Shown here: positions 46,612 through 63,065 of the stretch, piece after piece | How positions within the stretch are numbered: position 1 is the first letter of the stretch | Layout of the letters: each line of letters starts with the position of its first letter | Program-made: the position numbers and the translations under genes | From: the human T2T-CHM13v2.0 reference genome, Homo sapiens | DNA length: 64,000 nt | Strand: one strand, 5' to 3' | Assembly: GCF_009914755.1 (NCBI RefSeq) | Contig: NC_060940.1 | Notes under the pieces: model-generated | Seen by the model: only the letters and a program-made list of their open reading frames with translations | What the model was told of the DNA's origin: nothing | Database searches by the model: none

Positions 46612-46933
46612 CAGGTGGTGGCTCACGTCTGTAATCCTAGCACTTTGAGAGGCCGAGGTGGGAGGATCACTTGAGCCCAGGAGTTCGAGACCAGCCTGGC
46701 CAACAAGGCGAAACCCCATCTCTACTAAAAATACAAAAATTAGCTTGGCATGGTGGCTGCACTTGTAGTGCCAGCTACTCAGAGGTTGAGGCACAAGAAT
46801 CGCTTGAATGTGGGAGGCAGAGGTTGCAAGTGAGCTAAGATTGGGCCATTGCACTTCAGCCTGGGCGACAGAGTGAGACTCTGTCTCAAAAAAACAAAAA
46901 AAAAAAAAAACAAAAAAAAGGAAAAAATAAAAA
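46612..46933 (+). mobile_element. AluS/J
   Basis: Dimeric Alu with a long A tail. Confidence 0.92.
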
Positions 46934-47207
46934 GATTTTTTTTTCAGTTGGCATGTATACTCTGAATAGTTTCACTTGATCTACCAAACCAAAATAGCAC
47001 ATGCTTAAAGGTAAATAATTCTTAGGGCTTTAGGCTTCAGTAGTCAATATAAAGGATGTTGGTCCTACATGAAGCTAGGGGCAACTCCCAGACAGCAAGG
47101 ATCTTGTTGCCCAAGAGGAAACAGAGTGGAAATTCAGCCCTTGCCCCAATCCCTCAGCTTTCCATGGAAGTGGAACAGCCAATGGTGACAAAATACAGCA
47201 CATTTTA

Positions 47208-47563
<356 letters not shown>

Positions 47564-47670
47564 CTACATGTATATATGTATATATATATGACACATGTCA
47601 TTATATATAGTACATATGCATATCATACACACTCACATATATGTTATATATGTAAGAATATATATAAAGT

Positions 47671-48055
<385 letters not shown>

Positions 48056-48271
48056 TTAAAAAAAATGATTTGAGGTACTTAAAGAAAACTGTGGTTTTTA
48101 AAAAAGATGATCATTACAGACAATGGGGTAGATTGCAAAGCAGACTGAAATGGATCTTCAGAGAACTGCTACCATGGATCCGTCATCATTTCAAGAAGAC
48201 ATCTCCCAAACAGGTAGGGCTCTCTTAAACTAAGCCTTCGCTCCTGGTCTTGCTTTGTATAAGAGATGTTT

Positions 48272-48785
<514 letters not shown>

Positions 48786-49180
48786 ATATAAGCCACGTTT
48801 CTAAAGCGCACTCAGATGTGCCTGCCTCTGAAGTCTAGCCACCCACAGGAGGGAGGACAAGTCATGAATGTGGTCATTTGAAGGCCCCAAAGGGCTGTCT
48901 CCTTTAGTTCCCTTTCCTTACCCAGCAGATGGTACAGAGTAGCTCCAGGTATGTTTGGGTAGATGGTGCCTCTTAAGTCCTGGGTTTTCCGTGACAGTTG
49001 TTCCCTCAAATACCCTCTGCCATACTTAAACCTTGCATCAGCTCAGCTATCAGACACGGACTTGTGTTGTGGAAACAATGGTCTCTGTGGCCCAATCAGA
49101 CATCGGGCTTGCCACAGGTTAACTTCATTCTTGGCTATGATCAATGTGGAGAAATTGTCCTGGGTGATTTAGGAATGTTT

Positions 49181-49214
<34 letters not shown>

Positions 49215-50119
49215 CAGTCCACGATAGACATTTTATCTGAAAGATATAATAATTATGCCATTTTTCAGCTCCTCCTTAAAAAAGGGGGTCGAGTCACTAT
49301 CCCTTAGCAGTTCATTGTTTCCAATTTGGCTTAATTGAAACTGAGAAAGTTCTTAAAGTTTGAACAGCAGTAATTAAATCTGAATTGGATGGGATATTTG
49401 TAATTTTGAATGCTTAAATTTTGAGAGGAAAAAACTGTGTAATGTTGTTGGCCAAATGACCCCAGTCATTAAGATTCCTATGGCATTATTTAGTTAGTTG
49501 GCTTTTTATAACGCCACGAGGTTTGCTGTGGGCTGCCGTGGACGCCATTGGCCTCACAAGGAGAAGAAGCATTTTAGAGAAGAGCCTCTGAGAGAGAGAA
49601 GCAGCCCCTTAAGAGTCTGCTAATAATTGGCATTAGCATTTCTGGACTTCTCGGGATGCAGGAACTGAGATGAGTTGAGGAAAATGAACAGAAGTGACAG
49701 TTTTTGTGAGGCCAATGGAAACCATGTTTGGATCCAGGAAAAAAAAAATGAGACAGGAAAGGGAGGGTCACATTTTTGGAGGAAATCATGTGGTATTTTG
49801 GTAATCCTTTGTTGATGAAAAAAATTACCAGCACATTAATTATGTCCTAAGAATGGGACACTGCAGGTCTGCATCTTTGTTCTTTCCCAGGCTGGGACAG
49901 CAGCCCCGGCATTTACCACTCTGGGGATTAGAAACCTGGGTTCCTGGACACATACCATGAGTACCTCGCTACAGTGTTGAAATCTAACCCAGCCAGGAGT
50001 TCAGGAGATAGGAGGCTTTTTTTCAAGACAAGTAATGACAACTGAATAGTTTAAAATCTTTATAAGACTGGTAGTATTCTGCCAGTGCAAAGTAATAAAA
50101 CTAAATATGACATGAAAGT

Positions 50120-50208
50120 CCTTTTCTTTTCTTTCCTTTTCTTTCTCGCTCCCTTCCTTCTTCTCTTCCCTTCCTTCCCCCTCCCTTCTCTTTTCTCTTC
50201 TTTCTTTT
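50120..50208. repeat. CT-rich simple repeat
   Basis: Pyrimidine tract. Confidence 0.85.
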
Positions 50209-50354
50209 AAAAACTTTTTTTTATCAGTTATATACACTTGTAAACGTTTTTCACAAGAGTTCAAACATTTACATTTAGACATATACAGCATAAACCAACA
50301 TTGACCCTTATTCTTCTAGATTCTTTAGGTAGGATTGAGTACATCGTTGCCACT

Positions 50355-50966
50355 CATAAGCAAAAAGCACGAAGCTGGAGGCATCATGCTATCTGACTTC
50401 AAAGTACACTACAGAGCTACAGTAGCCAAAACAGCATGGTACTGGTACAAAAACAGACACATAGACGAATGGAACAGAATAGAGAGCCCAGAAATAAGAC
50501 TGCACAACCACAACCATCTGATCTTTGGCAAAGCTGACAAAAACAAGCAAATAGGAAAGGACTCCCTATTCAATAAACAGTGCTGGGATAACTGACTAGC
50601 CATATGCAGAAGATTGAAACTGGATCCCTTCCTTAAATCATATGCAAAAATCAACTCAAGATGGATTAAAGACTTAAATGTAAAACTCAAAACCATGAAA
50701 ACCCTGGAAGACAACCTAGGCAGTACCACTCTGGACATAGGAACAGGCAAAGATTTCATGAGGAAGATGCCAAAAGCAATTGCAACAAAAGCAAAAATTG
50801 ACAAATGAGATCTAATTGAACTAAAGAGCATCTGCACAACAAAAGAAACTGTCAACAGAGTACACAGACAACCTACAGAATGGGAGAAAATGTTTGCAAA
50901 CTGTGCATCTGACAAAGATCTAATATCCAGCATCTATAAGGAACTTAAACAAACAAATTTACAAGA
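50355..50966 (+). mobile_element. L1 (L1PA/PB-type) ORF2 C-terminal fragment, disrupted
   Basis: Translates to [13 protein letters not shown]...WNRIE and [13 protein letters not shown] of L1 ORF2p, with stops. Confidence 0.93.
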
Positions 50967-51017
50967 TAATTACCACTTCCTTTAGAAGAACGTGATATAT
51001 TAGATGTACATTGCCAT

Positions 51018-51790
<773 letters not shown>

Positions 51791-51914
51791 TAAGCTAGAT
51801 TATTAGGGACTTCTTTCCTTAAATATAAGGCATTGTTTGGATATGTGATGATTAGCTGTTATGCAATGGCAGTGCTCCCTTTCTGGGTAAGAGCATTGTT
51901 CCCTTTCCTTATCC

Positions 51915-52070
51915 AAACTAGAAAACCTAGAAAATGTGGATAAATTTCTGGACACATGTACCCTTCTGATGCTGAAGCAGGAAGAAATTGATTCCCTGAA
52001 AAGACCAACAATGAGCTCCAAAACTGAATCAGTAATAAATAGCCCGTCAACCAAAAAAAGCCAAGGACCT
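51915..52070 (+). mobile_element. L1 ORF2 internal fragment (upstream of the RT core)
   Basis: aaactagaaaacctag...ggataaatttctggacaca...caaccaaaaaaagccaaggacc (KLENL..DKFLDT..KKS.GP). Confidence 0.85.
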
Positions 52071-52484
52071 TATGAGTCTTCCTGAGTAGGGAGTATGGTG
52101 ATTTGCAAAGGTTGTTTCTAGCATGTTGATGACCTTCTTTCACAGGAAGCAGTGTTTCTCATTCTAGCTATCCTGAGCAAATTTCTAAGGATGAGAACTC
52201 CACACCCACACAGGGCTTAGCAGGTGTAGTTTTCTGTCCCCTTTTTTTTTCCTACCCCACAGTCACGTTTTCTAAACTCTGAGCCTCCCTCCATCTACAT
52301 AGAGGGTTTAACCCTCCTTCCATCTGCATTTCCCTCATTACTGCCATCATAATCACATTCCTTAATTGCTTGGTTCAAGGTAGCATCTTTCTTACCATGA
52401 GTGCAAGAAAGAAAAGATATTTGGATTGCTTTACCCTTTCAAGCAAAATAGGAATCCTGTCACGGCATGCTTATCATGCTTATT

Positions 52485-53000
<516 letters not shown>

Positions 53001-53304
53001 ACAGTCACTTTCTAAAGTTAGACCTGAATGACCCCTCTCCTTCATAAAGTCGTCTCCAACCACCTCGGATCATGGAGCTGCTTTGCTCTTCTGAATTCTT
53101 ACAGCCTTAGAGTCTCAGTCGCTCAACGGTTATTGATCACATTCCACGTGCATGCTCATTTATCATACTGTCTTCAGACTTGATTATGTGCTATTTGTGG
53201 AAGGGATTATATGTCTTTGTGCCTCCAAAGTGCCTAGCAGAGGGCATTGTTTAAGGTTGGTGCTCAGTAGACATTTGGCACTGCACTGGTTTCCAACCTT
53301 TGCT

Positions 53305-53500
53305 AGCAGCATTTCTCAAAGTGTGGTTTGTGTATTCCTGCATTAGCATGATGAGAAGTGCTTGTTAAACACTGTCTCACCACCTCTCGGCCCCTTCTAA
53401 GACCTACTGAGTTTGCCTTTCTGCTAGGAAGGCCCAGGAATCTGCACGGTAAACAAGCTGTGCAGGTCATTTTTAGGTTCATAAAAATGTGAGAATCCTT
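53305..53500. mobile_element. MER5A-like DNA transposon
   Basis: cagcatttctcaaagtgtggt...ggcccaggaatctgca. Confidence 0.65.
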
Positions 53501-53811
53501 CTTTTCTGCAGTGGGCAAATTTAATCCATAGGTGGCCTGTTGGACCCCTTACTTCTTTATGCAAAACCTAGGGATCCTAGACTTACTGAAACTTCTAGAA
53601 CTCAGAATTGTGACTTTCAACTGAGAAGAAGAGGGGTGTGTCTCTAAGAAACAGGGTTTGAAAGGTATCATTTGAGATAATAATATGATTTATACTTGGG
53701 AACAGCCCATTGTTATAATGATACAAGCTACAGGCAAGTGGAGAATGACCAAATCTCAGTTGGTGTGATGCATAAAGAATGCTGAATGGTTAGCTTAATG
53801 ACTTTATAGAG

Positions 53812-54343
53812 CAGGGGTCCCCAGCCCCTGGGGCACAGACCAGTATCAATTCATGGCCTCTTAGGAACCAAGCCACACAGCAGGAGTTGAGCAACAGGTC
53901 AGTGAGCAAAGGTTCGTCTGTATTTACAGCTGTTCCCCATCGCTTTCATTACCGCCTGAGCTCTGCCTCCTGCCAGACTGCAGTGGTATTGGATTGTTAT
54001 AGCAGCACAAACCCTACTGTGAACTGCACATGCGAGGGATCTAGGTTGCACACTCTTCATGAGAATCTAATGCCCAATGATCTGTCACTGTCTCCCATCA
54101 CCCCCACATGGGACTCTTTGGCTGCAGGAAAACAAGTTCAGAGCTCCCACTGATTCTACATGATGGTGAGTTGTAGAATTATTTCATTATATATTCCAAT
54201 GTAATAATTATAGAAATAAAGCACACAATAAATGTAATGTAATGCACAAAATGATTCTACGTGATGGTGAGCTGTAGAATTATTTCATTATGTATTCCAG
54301 TGTCATAATTATAGAAATAAAGCACACAGTAAATGTAATGCAC
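53812..54343 (+). mobile_element. MER1B with a tandem duplication of its 3' part, end missing
   Basis: caggggtccccagcccc start; gagaatctaatgcc; duplicated segment 54151-54247 / 54252-54343. Confidence 0.88.
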
Positions 54344-54478
54344 CACACCCGGCTAATTTTTGTATTGTTTTGTAGAGATGAGGTTTCACCATGTTGCCCA
54401 GGCTGGTCTTGAACTCCTGGGCTCAAGCAATCTGCCCACCGTGGCCTCCCAAAGTGCTGGGATTACAGGCTTAACCAC
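54341..54478 (-). mobile_element. Half Alu (left arm plus linker)
   Basis: No right arm or tail. Confidence 0.88.
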
Positions 54479-55104
54479 TCTTAACCCTGGAATGTCGAAT
54501 TTTCCACAAATAAAAATATTTATTTTCAGGTAAATCTAAATGAGAAACAAAAGGGAAATTCTTCTAAACTCAAGGATAATGATGAAAGAGTTGTCTCTAA
54601 AGAATGGTGGTCATCTGTGAATTCAGAATTCTAACTACGTCCTCAGAAAAGAGTCAGGCTACCCATGCTGCTGGTCTTATATGGCATGATTCATCCACGG
54701 AGCTCAGATTCCAGGAACATGTGGTCTTCAGGTGTTTTCTGTAGCTTTTCCCTCAGGATTTGATAGTGATTGGTAGGCAGCATTTTTCCTGTACTGATGT
54801 CTTTGACACATAGATGGCCGTCTTTCATTCAGTCGGGACAACACATGTATTTTTTCTAGTTTAACTCTGCCTGGCTTGATTGCCTAAGTCCATCTATTCA
54901 CAATAAATATACAATTGTCCCATGAGACAGCTTAATGCAATAAGCACATACTGAGCCAGGTGCAGGGATTCGGAGACCTGGGGGATAGGGTATTCTAAAG
55001 ACCTAACAATGAGTCCTGTCTCCAAGGTTCTGACAGTCTAATCAGGTAGACAAAATATAAAGGCACTAGGAAAGGGACTTAATAACAAAACCAGGCTGCA
55101 GATT

Positions 55105-55328
55105 AGGGGCTACAAGCTGGGGCTCACAGGCCAAATCCAGCCCGTGACTTGTTTTTGTAAATAAAGTTTTATTGGAACTCAGCCATGTCCATTCTTTGAT
55201 GTATTCTCTATGATGCTTCTGTGCTACAAAAGCACAGTTGAGAGTAGTTGCAACAGAGACAGTATGGCCTGCAAAAACGAAAATATTTGCTCTCTCGACC
55301 TTTATAGAAAAAGTCTGCTGACTCTTGG
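55105..55328. mobile_element. MER58A
   Basis: ggccaaatccagccc...gtaaataaagttttattggaac. Confidence 0.88.
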
Positions 55329-56135
55329 AAGTGGATGATTAAATACTAAAGCAAGTGAAAGGACAATAGTAAGTGGACTAACAGTTCAGAAGAGTGCATG
55401 TTTCCTGCAATGTTTGTGTGTGTATGTGAGGGGGTAGCTTTTTAGAGGAAGTGAGGAATTAGAGAAAAGTAGAACTTGGACAAAGAGATGAGAGAGATGG
55501 AATAATCCAAGGGTATTTGGTAACTTTCCATATCAATATTTTACATAAATAAATAAATAAAAATACTACTGTTAATTTTAAGGTAGATTATTTAACTGAA
55601 GCTGTATGTTTAATAATAACATTATATTTCCAAACACTTTCACTCTCTTTCTTGCTTGCCATAGTCTTGTGAGGTAGGCAGGGTAGTAAATTACCCCAGT
55701 TTGGCAGATGACCGTCAGAGAGGTTGGTTAAAAGCCTGGCTGTAGGTGGAAAGCCTTGTAGAGCTGCTGAGCCGATCCTGCAACTGCCGCAAGGTTCTGA
55801 TTTTTATAGGGAGCCCACAGGAGAACTTGGCAATTTGTGACTATGTGCAGCAGATGAAACAATAAGAAATTTGAAACTAAATCCTTTTATTAATTTTTAT
55901 ACCAATTTTTCCATTTCCTGAATCTCTCTGTCCTTCAATAATGCTAGGCTGTGAGAAGCTGAGTCATGCATGGGTTGACTGTGGGTCTGGATATAAGGCT
56001 ATGCTTAAATCCTGCAAAGCAAAGAGAAGCCCAAAGACATGGATGTGCTTGTCACTCATCCTCTTGAAAGCCTGAGCATCTCAGATCTTTCAAGGACCAG
56101 CTCATCTCCCAAAAACAATGTGGCTGATGCCCTTA

Positions 56136-56474
<339 letters not shown>

Positions 56475-56499
56475 CTATTGCCAACACTTCCTGAAGGCT

Positions 56500-56705
56500 T
56501 TGCCATGGACCAAGCATTCTCATTAATGCTTTATGTGTTTAATCCTCACAATGACTTCAAGAAGTAGGTACTATTATGTACCTATTACACAGATGAGGCA
56601 AATGAGTTGCAAGGAGTTCACCCACTTGAGGTTAGACAGCTAATGAATGTCTGAGTCAAGATTCGAATCCAGGTCAGAACTTGCATCCTTATTTACTGCA
56701 TTCTT
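56500..56705 (-). mobile_element. MIR
   Basis: tttaatcctcacaa...acagatgagg...gattcgaatccagg. Confidence 0.75.
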
Positions 56706-59700
56706 CCATACTGCCACTCATTGACAAGCATGGGGATGCATAATTTTGAATCATGCTCAAGAAGTTTGGAACCAAAAGATGCTATGCATAAACTGCACAG
56801 GAAACGTCCATGCTCTTTGACATGACGAGGTCAGATTTAGAAAGCTGTGAACATGGACCTCAAAAAATCCTACCAGGTTCTCAGTCTTACAGATTTCTCA
56901 GAGGGAACACAGGGAGGGCAGGAGGAATGCAAGGTCCAAGCTGGAATTACCCCAACCCGGATGCAAAACACGCCGGCAGCTGGGAGGAAAAATTGGACTA
57001 AGTTAGTATATTTGGGGACAAAGGTGGAAGAGGCTCAAGCGCAGAAAATGTTTCAACAGGACTCCAAGGAGGTCTTGTACGATTATGCTCAAGCCTCTGG
57101 GTTCTTAACATACCACACTTTGCCCCACTTCAATCAGCTGCAAGGAACCCCATCCACACTCTGCCTGGGCCCCGCCTGTGGCAATGTGTCTTTGCTGTGG
57201 CTTCATTCTGGAGTTGTTGCGGAGGAATCAGATATTGGCAGAATAAAATGGCAAACTTGGTCTATGGAAAATGTAACCAGACACAGAAAGTGGACCGAGC
57301 CCACCTTTGTCAGCGTGGCCTGAGTCAATCCCATTAACTTCAAGTCAGTGGACTAGACTCAGAAAATGGCAAATCGCTGGAGTCTTTTCTCCCTACCCCT
57401 CCCCACCAAAGCAAGAGCCTAGCTGTGGGGTAGAGTACGTGTTCCATTACGTCTCTTGGGCTACTCTTACGAGCTGGCCCCTCTAAAGAATAAGTTTGGG
57501 GAATAAAAATAACTACCTGGGATATCAAAGAAAAAGAAGCCCTGGGTAAGTGAACCAGGCAATTCCCAACAATGACATGGATAGTAGAGTTGAAGGTAGT
57601 AATTATATTTTGTACCAAATTGGGGGATAATATAGAAGAGCACAGGACAATTCAGAATGCCTGGAATACATTAAGACTGTGGGCCTAATAACAGGTTTAT
57701 GTAATTTAATGAGCAGAAATATGAACTATAAAACCAGGAGGATAAACTGAGAAACAAGAATACTCCTGGAGGGCTTGGGATGGGCTTTTAAAAGATGTGG
57801 CAGATATTCTCCCCAAATTAGGGGCAATATAGAGAGTCGCATTGGGCCTAAGTAAATTATTCACTCCTGTGTAGCAGATTTTTAAGGCTTTATCTCAAAG
57901 CTGGGTTCAGCTTGAGCCACCTATTATAAAATACAAATGGATATGTGAAAATGGTCAGAAACCCATGCCAGAAATTGGTGTGACATGGAGATTTATGGGG
58001 CTTCATACACCAGTGTTATGAACTGCCTGGTCTGTGGCCCTCTAAAAGGAAGAGATTCCGAGTCGGGTTTGGACAAACAGAGACAAATCAAGAAGGAAGC
58101 TGGGAACAGTTGCAATGAGATTTTTTAGAATGATGGCTCAAGTATAAAGAACTTGAACCTGGCAGGCATTTGGATAACATTTCTGGATGCTTTAAGGAAG
58201 TTATGGCTAGACGAAGCCACCAAGAGAGCAGTCAACTCAGCTCAACCAATGGAAAGAAAGAAGCAAGGAAGGGCCGGATTGGGCAAGAGCACGGGGCAGC
58301 ATTCACTGGGAGAGAGGCAGGGAGGGGGTCTGCTGCATGGTTACCCTTGTCAGGTTAATTTCCTGTGTGCTCCCTCTGATTTGGGGGAAACTCAAGGAGG
58401 ATGTTTTCTCCTTCAAACATTTGAAAAGCTATTTTTAGCTGTTTTTAGGAAGGCAGGAACAAGAGCATTCCTCTCTCAAACCGCAAGAAACCTTCATGAA
58501 TATGGCCAGAAATTGAAAGTAAATTTGTTATTACGTTGCTTAAGTGATTTGAGCCTTTTCAGAGTCACCTGAGGACCCTCCAGACAGGGAAAATCTTGAT
58601 GAGATAAAAGTGCCATCTGAACAAAGTGCATCAGAATGTTGCATTCCTTAATGTCATTGACAACACAACACGACACAACACAACACACAGCATCCTCCTC
58701 ATGATTTCCCCGAATGAGATCAGTTTGATAAATTAGCTCCAAACTATAGCCACAGTCCCTTGCCCATTGGAAGAGTTTCTAATAGCTGTTCTGTTCTCTG
58801 CCCTGCAAAGATGATAATCTGAGGTTCCTCAGCTGTTGGATGGTTAATGTTTTGTTCTTGTACTTATTGCAAAATTGGGGAAAAGAAAAACTGGCTTTGT
58901 AACTGTATTGGCCTTGAGATTTACCTGATAAACAACACTGAGTAATAGGATTGGAAATTCTCTTAAAATTTTTTGCACATTATTTGGTTACAGTTTCCAT
59001 ATGGCAAGAAGGCAAGGGGAGAAACTTCCATTCTGGACCAGCCCCCCTCCCTCCCAGCCACACGTTTAATCCATGCGCTTATGTCAAACTTAATTACAGG
59101 ACTTTTGGCATAAAATAACAGTCCACATCCTCAGAGAGAAGAACTTAAGCAGTTAATATGTGCGATTGAGTGAAATTGCTTTGCTGAATGTTTATGAGTA
59201 ACCCAAGACTAGTGAAATGTGCTGATATTTTAACTGTTTCAGTGCTGAACTTGTGCCAAGATGCTGTGAAATAGAAAAAAAATAATAATAATTTCTTCCG
59301 ATCTGCTGTGTATCATATTTCTTGAAACTGAGAACGTTGGGTAAGACAATTTTATGGCTCTTTCACAAATAGCTTTGTGGAGAAAAAAACAATAAAGCTA
59401 GAACAATTATGGAACTTGTCACCAGCTCAGGGAACTGCAGAGATTCAAGAGAAGAATAGCAACTTCAAACTAACATCCTTTTCTGCAGAAAATTCTCTTG
59501 AATATTAGAGGTCCCCACCAGGGGCAACAATTTTTGCCTTCGGATTTTCACCTACCCGCTTGAACCTTTTCAGACACTTCTGTTTCCCATTCATCCCCAG
59601 TCTAATGTGAATGGTTTTAAAATGTAGAGATTTCCAACCCTAAAACGACTCGATGCTTCCCACTGTCATCTTTGCTGAAATAAATTCCTACCTCTGTTTA

Positions 59701-59934
59701 AATGTTCTTTTGTCTAAATTGTTCACAGTTAGACCTGCTCCTTTTAGCTCTAGAAGAACCTCTTACAATATAAAATCATCTGCTTATTTTCCTTCCTTTT
59801 CTAATGCTCTTTCTTATACTAGTGAGATGTAGAGCTACTTCTGAATTCATAGTTCTTTTCATTACTTTTGTTTCAAAAGACTTCTCTATTATCACCTGCC
59901 CCATAAATGCCAGCCTTTTAACACTATAGTTTCT

Positions 59935-59941
59935 TTTGTTT

Positions 59942-60013
<72 letters not shown>

Positions 60014-60293
60014 TCGAGACAAAGTCTCACTCTGTCATCCACGCTGGAGTGCAGTGGTGTGATCATAGTTCACTGCAGACTTGAACTCCTGGACTCAAGA
60101 GATTCTCCTGCCTCAGCATCCAGAGTAGCTAGGACTACAGGAGTGCCTGGCTAAGTTAAAACTTGTTTTGTTGTAGAAATGCAGACTTGCTGTCTTGCCC
60201 AGGCTGGTTTTGAACTCCTGGCCTCAAGCAGGTCTCCTACCCCAGCCTCCCGTAGTGCTGGGATTGCAGGTGTGAGCCACTGTACCTGGTCCA
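59935..60293 (-). mobile_element. AluJ with (TTTC)n tail
   Basis: About 19 perfect TTTC units at 59940-60015. Confidence 0.92.
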
Positions 60294-61183
60294 GCATTAC
60301 TGTTTTGGAAGCTTCTCTGTACCTAAATGTTCTACTGAGCCCAAATTCTCTTCTCTCCATTCTCTCCAAACCCACATTGTCCCTCCCCGCAATTCCCCCA
60401 ATCTGTCCCCAGACTGTTGGGAATGTATTCAGCACTTGTTCCAAGGGCAACAGAATACAAATGTATCATCTCCATCCACAAAACACTCTGTGCACCATCT
60501 CAGGATCTCCAGCTAGCTGCCCTCTGGGTTTCAGCAATACCGACCGTCCACTCCGCTTTACACCTCTGCTCCCTTTCAAGTCACCTCCTTGTCCACATCT
60601 ATGACCCTTGAGAGCATGGCACCCTTTAGTTTTGCTGACTGCCATCTTCCCTTGCTACTTCAAAATGCTTCTGAAAATGCATTTTCTCCCTTATCTGCGA
60701 CTCCAAACTTCATTCAGCTTATATTTCAGAATTATTTTTAGAACTATTGTTTGGTTCAGCATATTAGAATCCTATCTTTGAGAAAGGTGCAATAAGGTTA
60801 GGGTGTTGAAATTGGAGGATATTTGTGAGGGTACCTGGCACATGCCTGGTACATAGAAGACACCTACTAAAGTTCACTTATTTGTTCATTGATACCTTCA
60901 TTTGTTCAATGCATATTGAATGCCTAATACATAAAACGATTACATGGTAACAATGCCTTGAGTCATGCTAGGTGGTGGGGATTCAGATATGAGAGATTTG
61001 CTGAAATAGACTAAGGGCATACTCTGAACTTTTCCTACATTTCAAGCAGAGCTAACCAACAATCTAGAATGTTGGTATTATGAATCTCTTGTATTATTTT
61101 TAATGCAGGTTATAAATATGTAGGCCTGAAAGTCATATCTCATGGTATGACCTCACGGTATGACTTTCACTTCTGGGCAGTAT

Positions 61184-61416
61184 CTGGGCAACATGGTGAA
61201 ACCCCGTCTCTACTAAAATCCAAAAAAATTAGCTGGGTGTGGTGGCGTGTGCCTGTAATCCCAGCTACTCAGGAGGCTGAGTCAGGAGAATCACTTGAAC
61301 CTGGGAGGCAGAGGTTGCAGCGAGGCAGAGGTTGCAGTGAGCCAAGATTGTGCCACTGCACTCCAGCCTGGGCGACAGAGTGAGACGATGTCTCAAAAAA
61401 GGAAAAAAAAAAAAAA
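61184..61416 (+). mobile_element. 5'-truncated AluS with an internal duplication
   Basis: gaggcagaggttgcag occurs twice. Confidence 0.9.
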
Positions 61417-61539
61417 GTAACTAGTGAGGGAAATCTTCTTTTGGCATAGAAGTGAAATATTTCAGTAAAGTATCAAGGTTATGCCCAGTATGGTGGAGAC
61501 GCATGGATTCTTGATATTAATGGATGACAGACATTCTTT

Positions 61540-61860
61540 GCCTACCTCTAGTAATCCTTCAGGTCTTAGATCAAAGCTGTTTTTTCTTGAGGGGGGCTTT
61601 CTCTGACCCACCCAATTGTAAATTAGGTACCCCTGTTGTAGGTTCTCTCCTACTCTGTACTTTTCCTTTGCTGCATTTATTACAATTGGTAGTTGCATAT
61701 TTATTGTGTGATTATCCATTGAATGTCTGTCTCCCTTAGGACACTGTAAGCTCCATGGAGGCAGGGGCCATATCCATTCTGTTCAATACTCAATACCCAA
61801 TCTCCAGCACAGCACCTGGCACATGGTAGGCACTCAGTAACACTTGTGGGATGATTATTA
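61540..61860 (+). mobile_element. L2 3' end
   Basis: ctgtaagctccatggaggcagggg...cctggcacatggtaggcactcagtaa. Confidence 0.88.
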
Positions 61861-61959
61861 ATGTCCTGATGCTAACTGCGAAAGTGCAGACAGTCCATAA
61901 ATTGTTCATTTACTTTGGAATCAGCTGTGTAACTTTTTGAAGCATCTTCCTTTCACTAG

Positions 61960-62265
<306 letters not shown>

Positions 62266-62935
62266 CCTCACTAGTTACTCTGATGCAGGTTATTGTTGAA
62301 ATAGTTTGGGTGTTCACTGGCCAGCTGGGAAGAAGCGGACAGAAACAGTTGCTTGCTTTTTGCCCCCAGGACAGCTTTGCTGATGGGGCTGGCAGAAGAT
62401 ATGCTGAGCTAGGAAAGGTCAAATCATCAGAGAGTCTGGGAGGTGGGAAAAGCTGGACAAAGGAAAAGAATGACCTCGGGATCTTCCTGTCTGTACTTCC
62501 TGTCTCCCCAGGAAGTGTCAGTCAGAGATTTTCAGGAAAGGGTGTTGTCATGGAAACCTGAATTGGCTCTTCCCCTCCAGGCTGTATGGGGACAAGTGCC
62601 CTCATGTGCCCCAGCTGTCCCCAGGCTTGTGGAAGAGGGCAGTCAGTTTGAGTTTTCCGACGCACCGTGGAAAATCCAGAGCCGACAATGTCTGGGACTA
62701 CAGAACCGGCGACAGCGTGCGGCAGGGATTCAAGTCCAGAATGCGGTGGAACCTGTTATGAACTAATTAAAATTTAATCTGCTAAAGCCATTTTCTCCAT
62801 CATTTGGGAACCCTCTCTTGACTTCAGCAAGTTCCAAAGAGCCTCTCAAATAGAGGATGCTGTATTTTTGCACTTTTTTTCTCTGTGTATTAGATTTCAT
62901 CCCCCCAAAAAAGCCCTTTTTAAAAAGGGATTCTA

Positions 62936-63065
62936 GATAGAGTAGCCATATAATTTATCATCCAAACTGGGACGCTTTTGAGAGTGAAAAGAAGTGCTAT
63001 TAATAATTACTCTGGGATAATAGATACAAACTGGGCTGTTCCGGGGAAATGCCGAGGTATCTTCA
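62936..63065. mobile_element. MER94 (hAT-Blackjack)
   Basis: ccatataatttatcatccaaactgggacgcttttgagagtgaaa...ctattaataattac. Confidence 0.8.

Noticed and set aside
50409-50933. 174-aa hydrophobic minus-strand ORF
   Set aside because: Antisense frame of an L1 ORF2 fragment.
56847-57323. 158-aa plus-strand ORF in unique DNA
   Set aside because: GTG start in the track, no recognisable domain and no supporting exon structure; the length is compatible with chance.
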